From positions 941,222,001-941,286,000 of the forward strand of contig NW_027362761.1 in NCBI RefSeq assembly GCF_046119375.1: a stretch of DNA of 64,000 bases. Reading direction: 5' to 3'. The stretch comes from Phyllobates terribilis. Its lineage: Eukaryota. Positions 1 to 12,337 of the stretch are shown piece after piece. A model generated the notes under the pieces. It saw nothing but the letters and a program-made list of their open reading frames with translations, was not told the origin of the DNA and ran no database searches. Each line of letters starts with the position of its first letter. The stretch's first letter is position 1. Both the position numbers and the translations under genes were made by a program.

Positions 1-803
1 TCTGATAATTGGTAATGTGGATGTACTTAGCCAATCACATTCAAACTCATGTTAAATAGTAACCAGTAAACTGCCATCATTTATCATGGTACTGCTTAAC
101 CCCATATAAAGTTTAGCTGTTATAGTTGGATTTTCCTGACATTTTTTAAGTTGTATTTTAAGGCAAAAGCCATGGTCCGCAAACAGCGTATAACACAGCG
201 AAATGGTCTCATTGTTGAAAGTCAGGAAAGGGGTACAAAAAACTTTCAAGGCATTAGAAATACCATGTGAACACAATCATCAAGAAGTTGCTTAAATTTG
301 GTATACCAGTTAGATTTTCTAGAACTGGTCATTCTTCAAAATCTGATGAAAAGTCAAGAAAAAAATTGGTCCAGGAGGCAGCCAAGAGGCCTGCTGCAAC
401 ATTAAAGAAGCTGCAATAATTTCTGGCAAGCACTGGTTGTGTACTGCATGTGACAACAATCTCCCATAATCTTAATATGTCTGGCGAGTGGGGTAGGGTG
501 GCAATACGGGGGCCTTTTCTTACAAAGAACAGGATCCAAGTCTGGATATGTTTTTCCAAAACCTACATCAAGTTTGCAAAAGGAAGTAGAATAATGTGTT
601 ATGATTTGATGAGACCAAGGTTAAACTGTGACTTTAGTCAAGGTGGAAGGAATTATGAACAGTTCCAAATATCAGTCAATTTTACAACAAAACCTTCAAA
701 CCGCTGTTAAAAAGCTTAAATGAAGTGGATTTTCCCCTTTCAGAACGACAATGATCCTAAGTATATATTTTAACAAGGGTGTTTAGACTTTTTCTATCCA
801 CTC
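1..803 (+). mobile_element. Degenerate Tc1-like DNA transposon, 3' part (runs off left edge)
   Basis: Decayed transposase-like sequence including CAGAACGACAATGATCCTAAG (QNDNDPK, second DDE Asp motif) near 741-761. It ends in a Tc1-type terminal repeat (..GGGTGTTTAGACTTTTTCTATCCACTC-TA). Many stops and deletions. Confidence 0.7.
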
Positions 804-849
804 TATATATTATTCTGATATTTTGTGTAGATGAACTCTTTGCATTTAG

Positions 850-1962
850 AAAGATTTTCCGGAATGTTATGATATTTGCAGGCAATGTGATACCATAATA
901 AAATAACCAAATCTAACCATTAACCAGTTCACAGTGCTGCCAATTTCCGTCTTTACGTTTTTTTTAATTTTCTTCACCTTCTTATCAGAGAGAGCCATAA
1001 GTTTATCATTTTTCTGTCCACATAGACATATGAGGGTTTGTTTTTTGCAGGACGAGTTGTACTTTTGAATAACACCATTCATTTAACCACACAGTTTACG
1101 TAAAAAAAATCCCAAGTGGGGAGAAATTGTGAAAAATTACAATTCTGAAATTGTGAAAAATTACAATTCTGACATTGTTTTTTGGGAATTGTTTTTACGG
1201 CATACATTGTGTGGTAAGAATGATCTTGCTATATAATTCTCCTTATGATTACAGCAATACCAAATATGTCCAGTTATTTTATTATTTTGGTGGTGAAAAA
1301 AAAATCAGACGTTTGAAGAAAAAAAATTTACGTTGCATAATATTTTCAGTTTTCGGCCGATGGAGCTGTGTGACAAGTTATTTTTTGCGAGGCAAAACAA
1401 CGTTTTTATTGATACCACTTTGGGATAGATATGATTTTTTGGTTGATTGTTACAGTATTTGTAGTATTGCAGTGACCAAAAAAATACATAATTTTGTTGC
1501 TCTTGAATTTTTTCCATTTACGGTGTTTACTAATCTTGGTAATTATTTTTATAGCTCAGACTTTTCTGAACTCGGTGGTACCAAATATGTGTATTTTTTT
1601 TAAAAAAAATTCATTATCTTTATTTTTAATGGGGGAAAAAGAGAGTGATTTTAACTTTTAAGTTTTTTTTCATATTTTGTAAAACATTGTTTTTCAACTT
1701 TTCACTGTACTTGTTAGTTCCCCTTTGAAGCATGGCCACAGACAGGTTTTTAAGGGATCTCCTTAATGACAAGTAGAGAGGTCTTAAACAGACCCCTGGC
1801 TGCCGGAGCAACTAATTAACATGTCGTCACTAGTCATCATCATGTCACGGGCATGCCGCTGTGAGCATAGAATGATCAATGGGGTGAGCTCACCCTGTGA
1901 GCCTGCTCCAAATACCCGCTTTCGACTTGCGCAGTACATGTATGGCGGATGTCGTGAAGGGG
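850..1962. mobile_element. Non-autonomous piggyBac-like element arm (terminus at 1962)
   Basis: Ends ..CAGTACATGTATGGCGGATGTCGTGAAGGGG-TTTA, the reverse complement of a TTAA-CCCCTT terminus. The body is an inverted, diverged homolog of 7420-8510. Left boundary is approximate. Confidence 0.55.
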
Positions 1963-2865
1963 TTTATTTCCCCACTGTTCCAGCACCACTACTCCAGTAT
2001 TTTGCAGTCATATGTCGATCAATACATGGGTTAGTCCATTTGACAAAAATGAGAAACTCTAATACACTGAAGGTTTGCGAGTCTTATTTTAAATACATCT
2101 GTATATCAAAACGCAAGAGACGCAAATAAAATGTATGCTTCTTTAAAAATAAATATTTCCAATAATAAGAATCAAAGGATATACATATTAACTAATACAG
2201 TCCAAGTGATTCATATGTTCTGTACAGGAAATTATTTCCCCTATACAAATAATTCTCCCACTGCTAAATATTATTCATTTAGAATCAAAATGAAATAGAC
2301 CTAAAAACTCTGATTCCAGTAAACAAGGCACTTAACACTGATATTAGTCAGTCTTTTACAGCAGTGGTTTACAGTATTTTTCAGACAGAATGCAGTAAAG
2401 CTGTCACAGGGATATGTCAGAGGTTTTGAGGAAAGGTCAAGGATCATTTTATTTATTGGACTTTTCAGCTAACATTGTTATTGAAGTTGACCCCCTATGC
2501 CAGGAATGGGACTAGGCTGAATGTGGTCTAATAGGTAGAGAATGCTATTACTCTTAGGGCTTGAACAGTATAATTGATCTGTACCTCTGTGTGTTACCAC
2601 TAACATATTTGTAACTAAAGCTGATGCATATAATATTGTTTCACAGTATGCTACTATTCAAAAGAGGTAAATGCAAATATAAAATTGTCGCTTTTAATAA
2701 TTATTCAAAGTTGGACTCTAATAGCAATATTATTACATCTTAAGCTTTTTTCATCCAAGTTCAGTTGTATTCATGCATTTTGGTAATGGATCACCTTGTG
2801 AGGTGGATCCTCCAAGACTCAGATTTGGGTGGGCACATGGATCCTGGGCATTGATGCAGCAGCAG

Positions 2866-3745
2866 GAAGGCATATCTGGAGCAAGGAATTGAATTAGTGA
2901 AGGCCACAGGCAGACAGGATGCAGGAAAGCAGGTATGGAGCAAGGACTCTAAGTAGTGGAGGCCGCAAGCAGACATGACGCAGGAAAGCAGGTATGGAGC
3001 AAGTACTTGAAGCAGTGGAGGTAGCTGGCAGAGAGGATAAAGGAAAGCAGGTATGGAGCAAGGACTTGAAGCAATGGAGGCCACAGGCAGACATAATGTA
3101 GAAAAGCAGGTATGGAGCAAGGAATCTAAGTAGTGGAGGCCGCAAGCAAACATGACGCAGGAAAGCAGGTATGGAGCAAGTACTTGAAGCAGTGGAGGTA
3201 GCTGGCAGCCAGGATACAGGAAAGCAGGTATGGAGCAAGGACTTGAAGCAGTGGAGGTAGCTGGCAGACAGGATACAGGGAAGCAGGTATGGAGCAATGA
3301 CTTGAAGCAGTGGAGGTAGCAGGCAGACAGGATACAGGAAAGCAGGTATGGAGCAAGTACTTGAAGCAGTGGAGGTAGCTGGCAGACAGGATACAGGAAA
3401 GCAGGTATGGAGCAATGACTTGAAGCAGTGGAGGTAGCAGGCAGACAGGATACAGGAAAGCAGGTATGGAGCAAGTACTTGAAGCAGTGGAGGTAGCTGG
3501 CAGACAGGATACATGAAAGCAGATATGGAGCAAGTACTTGAAGCAGTGGAGGTAGCTGGCAGACAGGATACAGGAAAGCAGGTATGGAGCAAGGACTTGA
3601 AGCAGTGGAGGTAGCAGGCAGACAGGATACAGGAAAGCAAGTATGGAGCAAGGACTTGAAGCAGTGCAGGCACAGGCAGACATGACGCAGAAAAACAGGT
3701 ATGGAGCAAGGACTTCAAGCAGTGGAGACCGCAGGCAGACAGGAC
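2866..3745. repeat. 59-bp minisatellite, about 15 copies (GCAGGTATGGAGCAAGTACTTGAAGCAGTGGAGGTAGCTGGCAGACAGGATACAGGAAA)
   Basis: GGAGCAA recurs about every 59 bp. Inner copies are more uniform than outer ones. It may lie in a degenerate LTR. Confidence 0.92.
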
Positions 3746-4455
3746 ACACGAAAGTTCAAGACAATGTAAGCAGAGGCAGGCCAGAAACAGATAGTATTAA
3801 AACTTTTGGTTCAGTTTATTTCATTTTATACCACTAAGACACAGGTATGCGTCTTAATTGGCCTTATCTATACCTAGGCATATGATCATAAGGGAGCACT
3901 CAGGGGTACTTGTAAAAGCTGGCATGGAGGACAGCAGAGGGCAACGGCCATAGGGGGAGGTGACAAAGGCCTGCCGAGGCATATGCCTAACATATTTTGC
4001 ACCCTTTTAAGCTGTGCCATGTAATTTCTAGTCTGAAGATCAGGCCTGACCATTCTTTCCTGTGTATACAGTTTGTCAATCATCCCCATGTGAAGGACTT
4101 TCAGTGATTTACCGAATCATATTACCACCTATGAAATCGCTCCTTGCAGCTCTCATTTTCACCCAAGCTCCACATTATTTGCTCTTCTGTATGTCTCATT
4201 GCGATTAAGTGCTGCTGAAGATATTATTTTTGCAGTATCTAAGGGACCAGGAGTGCAGTGATATAATCCCTACAATAGCTGCTGAGTTATAAAACTTTCC
4301 TGATTTATGCTGCATGTCTCTGTGAGCTCAGGGAAGCAGAGTAGTTTTTTAGAGATATGTCTAAAGCTACTGTATGTTTACATCTGTGTTAGGAATTCTG
4401 TTTTTCTAAATCGTAAAGGATGAACAGAACCCAAGCAGGAGATGGATCCATGATA

Positions 4456-5586
4456 CAGGTGCATCTCACTAAATTAGAATATAATCAAAAAGTTAATTTA
4501 TTTCAGTTCTTCAATACAAAAAGTGAAACTCCTATATTATTTCTGTTAATGTTGACGATTATGGCTTACAGTCAATGAAAACACAAAAGTCATTATCTCA
4601 GTAAATTAAAATAATTAACAAAAAAACACCTGGAATACCTTCCTAAGCGTTTAAACTGATCCCTTAGTCTGTTTCAGTAGGCTCCACAATCATGCCGAAG
4701 ACTGCTGACTTGACAGATGTCCAGAAGGCAGTCATTGGCACACTCCCAAGATCACACAGTTCCAATTTTCATTTGGAAATCAAGGTCCCAGAGTCTGGAG
4801 GAAGAGTGGAGAGGCACACAATCCAAGCTGCTTGAGGTTTAGTGTGAAGTTTCCACAATCAGTGATGGTTTGGGGAGCCATGTCATCTGCTGGTGTAGGT
4901 CCACAGTGTTTTATCAAGGCCAAAGTAAGCGCAGCCGTCTACCAGGAAATTTTAGAGCACTTCATGCTTCCCTCTGCCGACAAGCTTTTTGGAGATGGAA
5001 ATTTCACTCTCCTGCAGGACTTGGCACCTGTCCACACTGCCAAAAGTACCAATACCTGGTTTAAAAACAACAGTATCACTGTGCTTGATGGGCCAGCAAA
5101 CTCGCCTGACCTTAACCCCATAGAGAATCTATGAGGTATAGTCAAGAGGAAGATGAGACACCAGACCCAACAATGCAGACGAGCTGAAGGCTGCTATCAA
5201 AGCAACCTGGGCTTCCATAACACCTCAGCAGTGCCACGGGCTGATCGCCTCCATGCCACGCTGCATTCATGCAGTAATTTATGTAAAAGGAGCCCCGACC
5301 AAGTATTGAGTGCATTTACTCAACATACATTTCAGTAGGCCAACATTTCGGATTTTAAAAACATTTTTCAAGCTGGTGTTATAAAGTATTCTAATTTACT
5401 GAGATAATGACTTTTGTGTTTTCATTGGCTATAAGCCATAATCATCAACATTAACAGAAATAAACACTTGAAATAGATCATTCTGTCTGTAATGACTCTA
5501 TATAATATATGAGTTTCACTTTTTGTATTGAAGAGCTAAAATAAATTAACTTTTTGAAGATATTCTAATTTAGTGAAATGCACCTG
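4456..5586 (+). mobile_element. Internally deleted Tc1-like transposon with long TIRs
   Basis: TA-CAGGTGCATCTCACTAAATTAGAATAT at the left end and ATATTCTAATTTAGTGAAATGCACCTG-TA at the right, with TA TSD. Transposase fragment 4832-5134 ([24 protein letters not shown]). Confidence 0.92.
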
Positions 5587-7419
5587 TATTTCTGACACAA
5601 ACAGTGCCCAATGCACCTCATGGACTATTTTGGGATTTTTTCTTGGTGTTCACCAATATACTCTAAAAGAAAATATTGCAGCATGCTGGCTATTAATCCA
5701 GTAAAAAGATAAAATTCCTAGCGGAGCACTCTGACTCTGATATGAACTTAACTGAATTATAATATTGCATAAAATAATACCAGCATTGTCATGACCATAA
5801 AGAATCAATGCCAGTAATTAAAATATGACTGACCAAAATAAGGATTTAGTGATAGTTAAAATTAGAGGCCTTAGTTAAAAAAACACCATTACAAATAATG
5901 TCATATAAAAGTTATATTTTATTAAACCAGAATGAAATATCTTTAGGGTGTGTACACATGCACCATTAGTGTGTTGCGCAATTTTACAAGTGAAGGACAT
6001 GTTTCAACAAATGTTATGAGTGCAAACAGCAAATCCAAAACCAGCAGTAAAACGTCACACTAATCTGGAGTAAATGCAGAGTTATCCTACTAAATTTTTA
6101 ACTAACCTACAATCCCATGAAAATACACTTATAAGCTATTGTCACGCATACATTGATTCTCTCATGTGAGAGAATCAGATCGATTGTGTAAATGACACTC
6201 GGATCAAATTCTGATCCAAGTGTCAGCTTAGTGTGATTCAATTCTCCATCATCTCCATTCTGTGTCATCCGACAGCAGTCTGATGATTTCCAGCATCCAT
6301 AAACTAGAATGGGTATGTGACATCTGATTTGCTCTCCAAGTCGCAGCATGCTGCAATTTTTTTCACATGCCGAATCGGTATGAGAAAAAAAAACACTGAT
6401 CACCACTGCCCCAATGTATAACATTAGCACTTATAGCTATCTGATAAAACATGTAAAATTATGTGTATGCTCATGTGAGTGAGCTCATAAAGTGAAAATC
6501 TAAACACAATTTCATAATTACTTTTTATTCAAAGATAAGTGTTCTTCTTGCCCCACTATTGAAATTTTCCAAGGTCCTCAGTACACATAAACTCTTAACA
6601 CTACTGGAAATTTAACAATACTTGCAAGCTATTGTTCTATGTAGTAGATTTTGCCCAAACAACCTTCCCTTTTGTGACATCACTTCATATTCTACAGCGA
6701 TTGGCTAAAACTATACCTCACAGATGTTCTTTTCTACATGTACTACATACACAGACATCATTTTCTTGGGTTGTCCACACCTTTAACCACATACATTTAA
6801 AGTCCTGCCTTTTCAATTTGAATTATAATATAATAACAAAGCTCCTCAGTAGGGTTCCTACTGTCCCTCTAAAAGGGCCAACTTTCTAGCCAAGTAGGGC
6901 CTGAACCTCCGGTTTGTGTGATCCCGGCTTGCAGAGCAGGACCCCACAAGCCTCCTCAGCCAATCTCGCAGTTAAATAGCAAGATCTTTCTAGTAACTCA
7001 TCGCTACCACATACTTTACTAAAGTGTTACCAAGCGGTAACCACTGTAATGATGTTACAATTTGGTAATAGCTTAGTAAGGTATGTGGTACTGCTGGGTG
7101 ACTAATGATAGCAACATCTTGCAAGATCTCTCTCTTTCAGTGTAAGAGCAACTGTGGAGGGTTGTGGGATCCCACTCTGTATGCCGGGTTCCCACAAATC
7201 AGAAGTTTGGGACCAACTATGCTAAAAAGTCCCTTTTGGGCCTGACTTTTTAGCATACTCCTGGTCATGTCTTATCTCCTGTAGGAAAAAAGGATTAGGC
7301 AGAGAAATTGAACATGATCCATTCCTCTTCCCCTTACATCATATGTCCGAATGGAGTCAGAAAGACCTCAATGAACATTAGATGGTCCCTCCAAAATTGT
7401 AAAATTTTGACAATATTAA

Positions 7420-8510
7420 CCCCTTTCCGACTTGTGCCATACATGTACGGCACATGTCGGGTTTCTCCTTTTGGTGCAGGCTCCCGTGATGAGCCTGCAG
7501 TTTTCCAGGTACATGACAGCTGATTTGAATCACGATCCACCCGCGGCTGTTAACATGTTAAATGCCACTGTCAATCTCTGACAGTTGCGTTTAACATGGC
7601 CATGGCAGAAGGATGTCATAAGTCCCGCCCATTGATGCCCATGTCACATGACTGCGGGTCACCAATAGATTGGCATGACAACCCAGGGTCCACAGGAGAC
7701 TCCTGTGTTTGTCATTACCGGGAGGCTTTGAGCGCCGCCCAGCATTCAGCGCTCATAGCCAGTGAGCATTTCTGTTATGCACAGGCGATCTGATGATCGC
7801 AGCTTCTAGTCTCCCATGGAGACCATTAAATCTAGTGTAAATTTAAAAAAATGTTTTTTAAAATACAAAAAAATAAAAAAAAATATGAAAGTATAAATCA
7901 CCCCCTTTTGCCCCATTCAAAATAAAGCAATAATAAAAAAAATCATCAAATATGCACATATTTGGTATCGCAGCATTAATAATCGCCCGATCTATCAATA
8001 CATAAAAAAAATGATTCCAATCGGTAAACGGCGTAATGAGAAAAAAAATCAAAATGCCAGAATTAAGTTTTTTTGGTCTCCGCAACATTGCAATAAAATG
8101 CAATAACGGGCAATTAAAACATCGTATCTACTCCAAGATGGTATGAAAAAAAAGATTAGCTCAGCGAGCAAACAATAAACCCTCACCCGGCCTCAGATCC
8201 TGAAAAATGAAGACTCTACGGGTCTTGGAAAATGGCAATTTTTTTTAACAAACTTTGGATTTTTTTTCACCACTTAAATAAAGAAGAAACTATACATGTT
8301 TGGTTTTTAAGAACTCATAATGACCTGGGAAATCATAATGGCAGGTCAGTTTTAGCATTTAGTGAACATGGTAAAAAAACAAAGAAAAAATAACTGTGGA
8401 ATTGCACTTTTTTTTGCAGTTTCACCGCACTTGGTATTTTTTTCCCATTTTCCAGCACACGATATGGTAAAACCAATGGTGTCATTCAAAAGTACAACTT
8501 GTCCCGCAAA
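7420..8510. mobile_element. Non-autonomous piggyBac-like element arm (terminus at 7420)
   Basis: Begins TTAA-CCCCTTTCCGACTTGTGCCATACATGTACGGCAC. Homologous to the reverse complement of 850-1962. Truncated on the right. Confidence 0.6.
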
Positions 8511-8519
8511 AAAAAAAAG

Positions 8520-9034
8520 CTCTCACCTGAGACTGCACCCTGTGCTCCCTTTCATCCCTAGATCAGTCCCCCCCCCCCCCGTGTATGATCACGTGCCTAA
8601 GCCATAGCTGGCCCTGAGCTAGCCCTAACTAGTGAGTAGGGCAGCAAGATATTAGTCTCACTACTTAAGTAAGGCAACACAGAGAGAGAAACAAACAAGG
8701 AGAAATCAAACAACAAATTGAACTCCACAGCTCAAACTGGAACAGCTTCTCCAGGGAGGTCATCATAGGAAACCTATAACTGGCATAGGAGAGAGCTGGG
8801 AGTGAGTTTAAATAATGGAAGGGAGCGGCAACAAAATGCAGCAGCTGAGATTAGAGCCATATGGAATCCCAGCAGGATCAAAAAGAAACTCTTAACCCCT
8901 TCCACACCAAGTGAAAATAAATCTGCTCCACTCAAGTTAAATGCCAAGTGGACTCCAAAGAGGACCTGTGATCTGCCAATCACTGCAACCTTCTGATTCC
9001 AGATACCCCAAAAGTCTCACCAGGATGCTTTACA
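8520..9034 (-). mobile_element. Probable degenerate solo LTR
   Basis: Reverse strand is a pyrimidine-rich LTR-like sequence with TATTTAAA and starts TGTAAAG at 9034. No TSD recovered. Confidence 0.4.
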
Positions 9035-10184
9035 TTCATGAAATTAACATGTTGAAGTAGGAGTCAAAGTTAAGGGAACACTTAGGGCAAAACTGATACT
9101 GTGTTATGCCAACCCTCAGCCCTGGGGAGGGAATATGGAGCATTACAGATTTTCATTTGTCCATTCTTGTGTCATGTATTAATCCTGCACTTTGCAAAAC
9201 ACTGTGTTTTAGTTTTACATTGAGTACTCCTTTTTAGATACTAGGAGATGGGCTACAACAGTTGTTGCTTCACTGCACATTTCATTTCCGTCAGAGATGA
9301 TAATCTAAATACCTTTATAGTAATCTGTATATTTTACTTCTTCTATAATATATCAAACACAATGTTGAACAGTGCATATAAAATTAATCTTAAAAGTGTA
9401 ATTTGCAAAGTTTGGTGTTTTATGAATAGTTTCACTAGTCAGGCTACTTAGACATACTTACCATGCGATAAGTGTACTGCACTTTATTATCTTGATAAAT
9501 TGACTTCTTTGCAAAGAAAATAGATGACTAGCAAGTGGTGTTATTATTTTATCCCCCTAGAATTGGTCATTAATTCATTAAATGCACTGATAAATCAATA
9601 CTTAAATGATAAAATTGGAGAACCGTACACATTTCACAGGAACATGAAAGGTTTGATAAGTCATATCTAAATGTACTCTATGGCCTGTCATAAACTAATA
9701 GAAAAAGATTTACACAGAGGAATGAAGTCATCATTTATACTAATAAAAAATGACACCAGTGTTTGAACATAATTTTTCAGTGATTCATATGCATTTTATC
9801 TATGTAACTAGGAATGAAACTTCTTGGTGGGAATAATAAAATTCTGGTTTCATCAAATACTCAAAGCACAGAAATTAAATGATCAAAAATAAATGCAGAG
9901 GCAAGATTTTTATGGATTTGAATCCTACAAATATAGCACATTTCTTCCTCCCAGAAGAATATACATTTAGATTATTGGGAGTAAGTGATCCTATGAAGGG
10001 CATTCTTATTTGTCAAATTGACACAGATAGAGCTAAATAAGTCAAATAAATCTGAGAATTGCTCACGTCATATCACTCCTGCAGTAACTCTGAGATTTCC
10101 ACACATTAGGTGAATGGATAGGGTTATTTTACAGTATATACTGTAGACAAAAGCACACACTTACAAGACAAATCATTAAAACTA

Positions 10185-11445
10185 TGTGGCAACACATAGG
10201 GTTCAGTCGCCACAGAGGTACTGCACCTCACCCAGAGGTGTGGTATCCCCTGCTCTCAGGTAAGGAGGGAGTGCTGCCCAGAACCTCAACACCCACATTC
10301 AACACTACACTGCTCCAGGCCAGCAGGAAGGGCAAGATGCAATGTGTTTCCTCCTGAGCCCTGTTCCTGGCTGGAGTGGGGGGAACCCAGAGGTAGGGGG
10401 AACCAGTAGTGGGTGTGGGTGGAGGAAGCAGCTAAAGGGAACACAATAAAAGGAGGTATATATAAAGGGAAGCCATCTTAGGGTGGCAGAGCAGTCAGTG
10501 AGAGAAGAGAGTGAAGACAGTCTGTGAGCAGAGTCTCTTTAGGAGCTCTGCTCCACAAGTGGGGCCTAGAGATAGAGGCCCAGGAGGGGAGCAGAGGAGA
10601 AAGGCTCCATTCTATTGAAGGGATCCCAGGGGGTACGGCGAGTGCAGGACGGCACCCGTACACCCCAAATCTGTCAGAAGACAGAGGGATCAGGCCGCAA
10701 GAAGGGGACCGGCCCCTGGACCAGCCATGTTACTCCAGGTCTCGGCTTGAAAAACCGGAGGCTTCTGGCTTTTATAGTTCAGTTGCCAAAGCCCCATTCT
10801 AATCTCCGTGTGGGTCAAGCAGGTCCGGGAACTCCAGTTAGACAGGAGGGACTTCAGAGCACCCGGGCGGGACTGTGAGTGGGGAAGCGCAGGGCAAGAG
10901 GGAGAAGACCCAGCGTGAAGTCGGTCTAGAGAGGAACATAAGAAAGCGGGGTTCCGTCAGGTGCTCCTAACCAACCTGAGGAAGAGCTGAACCCCCGGTC
11001 TGGTGAACGCAGCGCGACGTGGGAGGCTGGCACCCGCGCAGTGTATCAGTGGAACGTGCATGAGAACTGTGAGTAAAGACTCGGATGACTGCACCGCACT
11101 GTCTCCGTCCATTATTTCAGCTGCGCCATCTTTCCCCCTGCACTACAATGCCCAGCGCAACCAACTATCTCTACACTGCCCTGGAGCTAGCTCTTCCTGT
11201 CGAGAGCCACACCATCCTTGCTGCAGTAACATCTGCTTCAGAGGACTGCTCCGCAGCGGCGGCTCCCTTTGGCCGCATTCCACAGGTGGCGTCACGAACA
11301 TCATAAATCCCCTATAAATAGAAAACCCCCTTTTTTATTGACCGCCCTGGGTCACGGACCGGGCGAGCCACCGTGATATCCCCCACCAGCATCCATAGGC
11401 CTGGCTGCCGAGTACCCCCACGGCCCAGGGGGCACGTCAACCACA
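10185..11445. mobile_element. Probable solo LTR (about 1.26 kb)
   Basis: GC-rich block with sharp edges in AT-rich DNA and termini TGTGG...CCACA. No internal coding domain and no matching TSD. Confidence 0.5.
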
Positions 11446-11864
11446 TAGAACAAAATAGTCACCATTAAACACTCTGAGTACTCTTATGAAAGTTAATATT
11501 AATGTGGAAGTGCTATAAATACATGTTGTTACCTAAGCCAATGTTGACCCATCAACTACACACTGCCTTGGAAGAAGCAATAAGCTCAGGTCACTTCTAC
11601 CCGGTAGTCTTGCTCCTCTGGGGATCACTGAGACAAACAAAGGGAGAAATACCTAGAGAAAAAAATAAAGAAAGACAGGAAACTATAACTTTTATAGGGA
11701 CTGATCATCTGACCATTAACATCCAAGACTAAGGGATAGCAGAGAGATTGTATGAAAAAAATTAAACAAAGGGGAGTTGAGCATCTGCATTCGACTGATG
11801 AAGCCATATACGTACTTGCAGTTTCAGCCAATAAAAATCAAAAGAAATAAATCTGACAGATAAC

Positions 11865-12286
11865 TGTTAGAACCTTGCTGTTAGTTTTTTTTTCCTTTGC
11901 TGGTCACATGACCTTGTTGGCCTATTTAATCCTGCTCCGCCCTTCTGGCTTTGCTGGACTTCATTGTATATCTACTTTCTAGCTAGCCTGTGCTCTGTAT
12001 CTATCTCTGTTAGTTTGCTTGGTCTACGGACCTCTATGTTCTATCTATTTTGTTTGTTCGTCTGTCTGCTACTATTTCTGTTAGGAGGTGTCCCATATTC
12101 CTTCCAGTCCTTAGTACTTGTAGGGATTCCCTCCCCACATCTATAGGTCTTCGTACAGACTAGATTAGGACTTTAGCAGGTCTGATCGCAGGATCAGGTT
12201 CCCTGTTACATCGTAGGGATTCAGCTGAGTCCTATAGTAGGGACAGATCTCCTCTCTTTCCTTAGCTTTGGTAGCAGAACATACCA
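11865..12286 (+). repeat. 5' LTR of element 1
   Basis: Direct repeat of 16418-16839. TATA-like TATTTAA at 11923-11929. Confidence 0.95.
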
Positions 12287-12297
12287 GTAAGTCCAGC
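12287..12297 (+). promoter_or_regulatory. Putative self-priming primer-binding site of element 1 (GTAAGTCCAGC)
   Basis: Directly follows the LTR and lacks the TGG tRNA-type start. Bases 12289-12297 are the exact reverse complement of LTR 11953-11961 (GCTGGACTT). Confidence 0.7.
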
Positions 12298-12337
12298 CTG
12301 CAAATTCTCTAAGGAAAGATTTTTTTTTTGTTCCATC

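Noticed and set aside
1124-1171. 24-bp tandem duplication (AAATTGTGAAAAATTACAATTCTG x2)
   Set aside because: Ordinary slippage inside a decayed MITE arm.
850-8510. The two piggyBac-like arms as ends of one element
   Set aside because: The termini lie at the inner edges (1962 and 7420) and each arm extends outward, so they cannot enclose one element. They are separate truncated copies.
11790-11830. CTGATGA hammerhead-like start
   Set aside because: No stem II followed by GAAA, and the paralogous copy at about 17445 lacks the motif.
11964-12146. Duplicated small ORFs (11964-12146 / 16517-16699 and 30420-30617 / 35209-35406) as gene duplicates
   Set aside because: They are the same LTR sequence at both ends of each retrotransposon.
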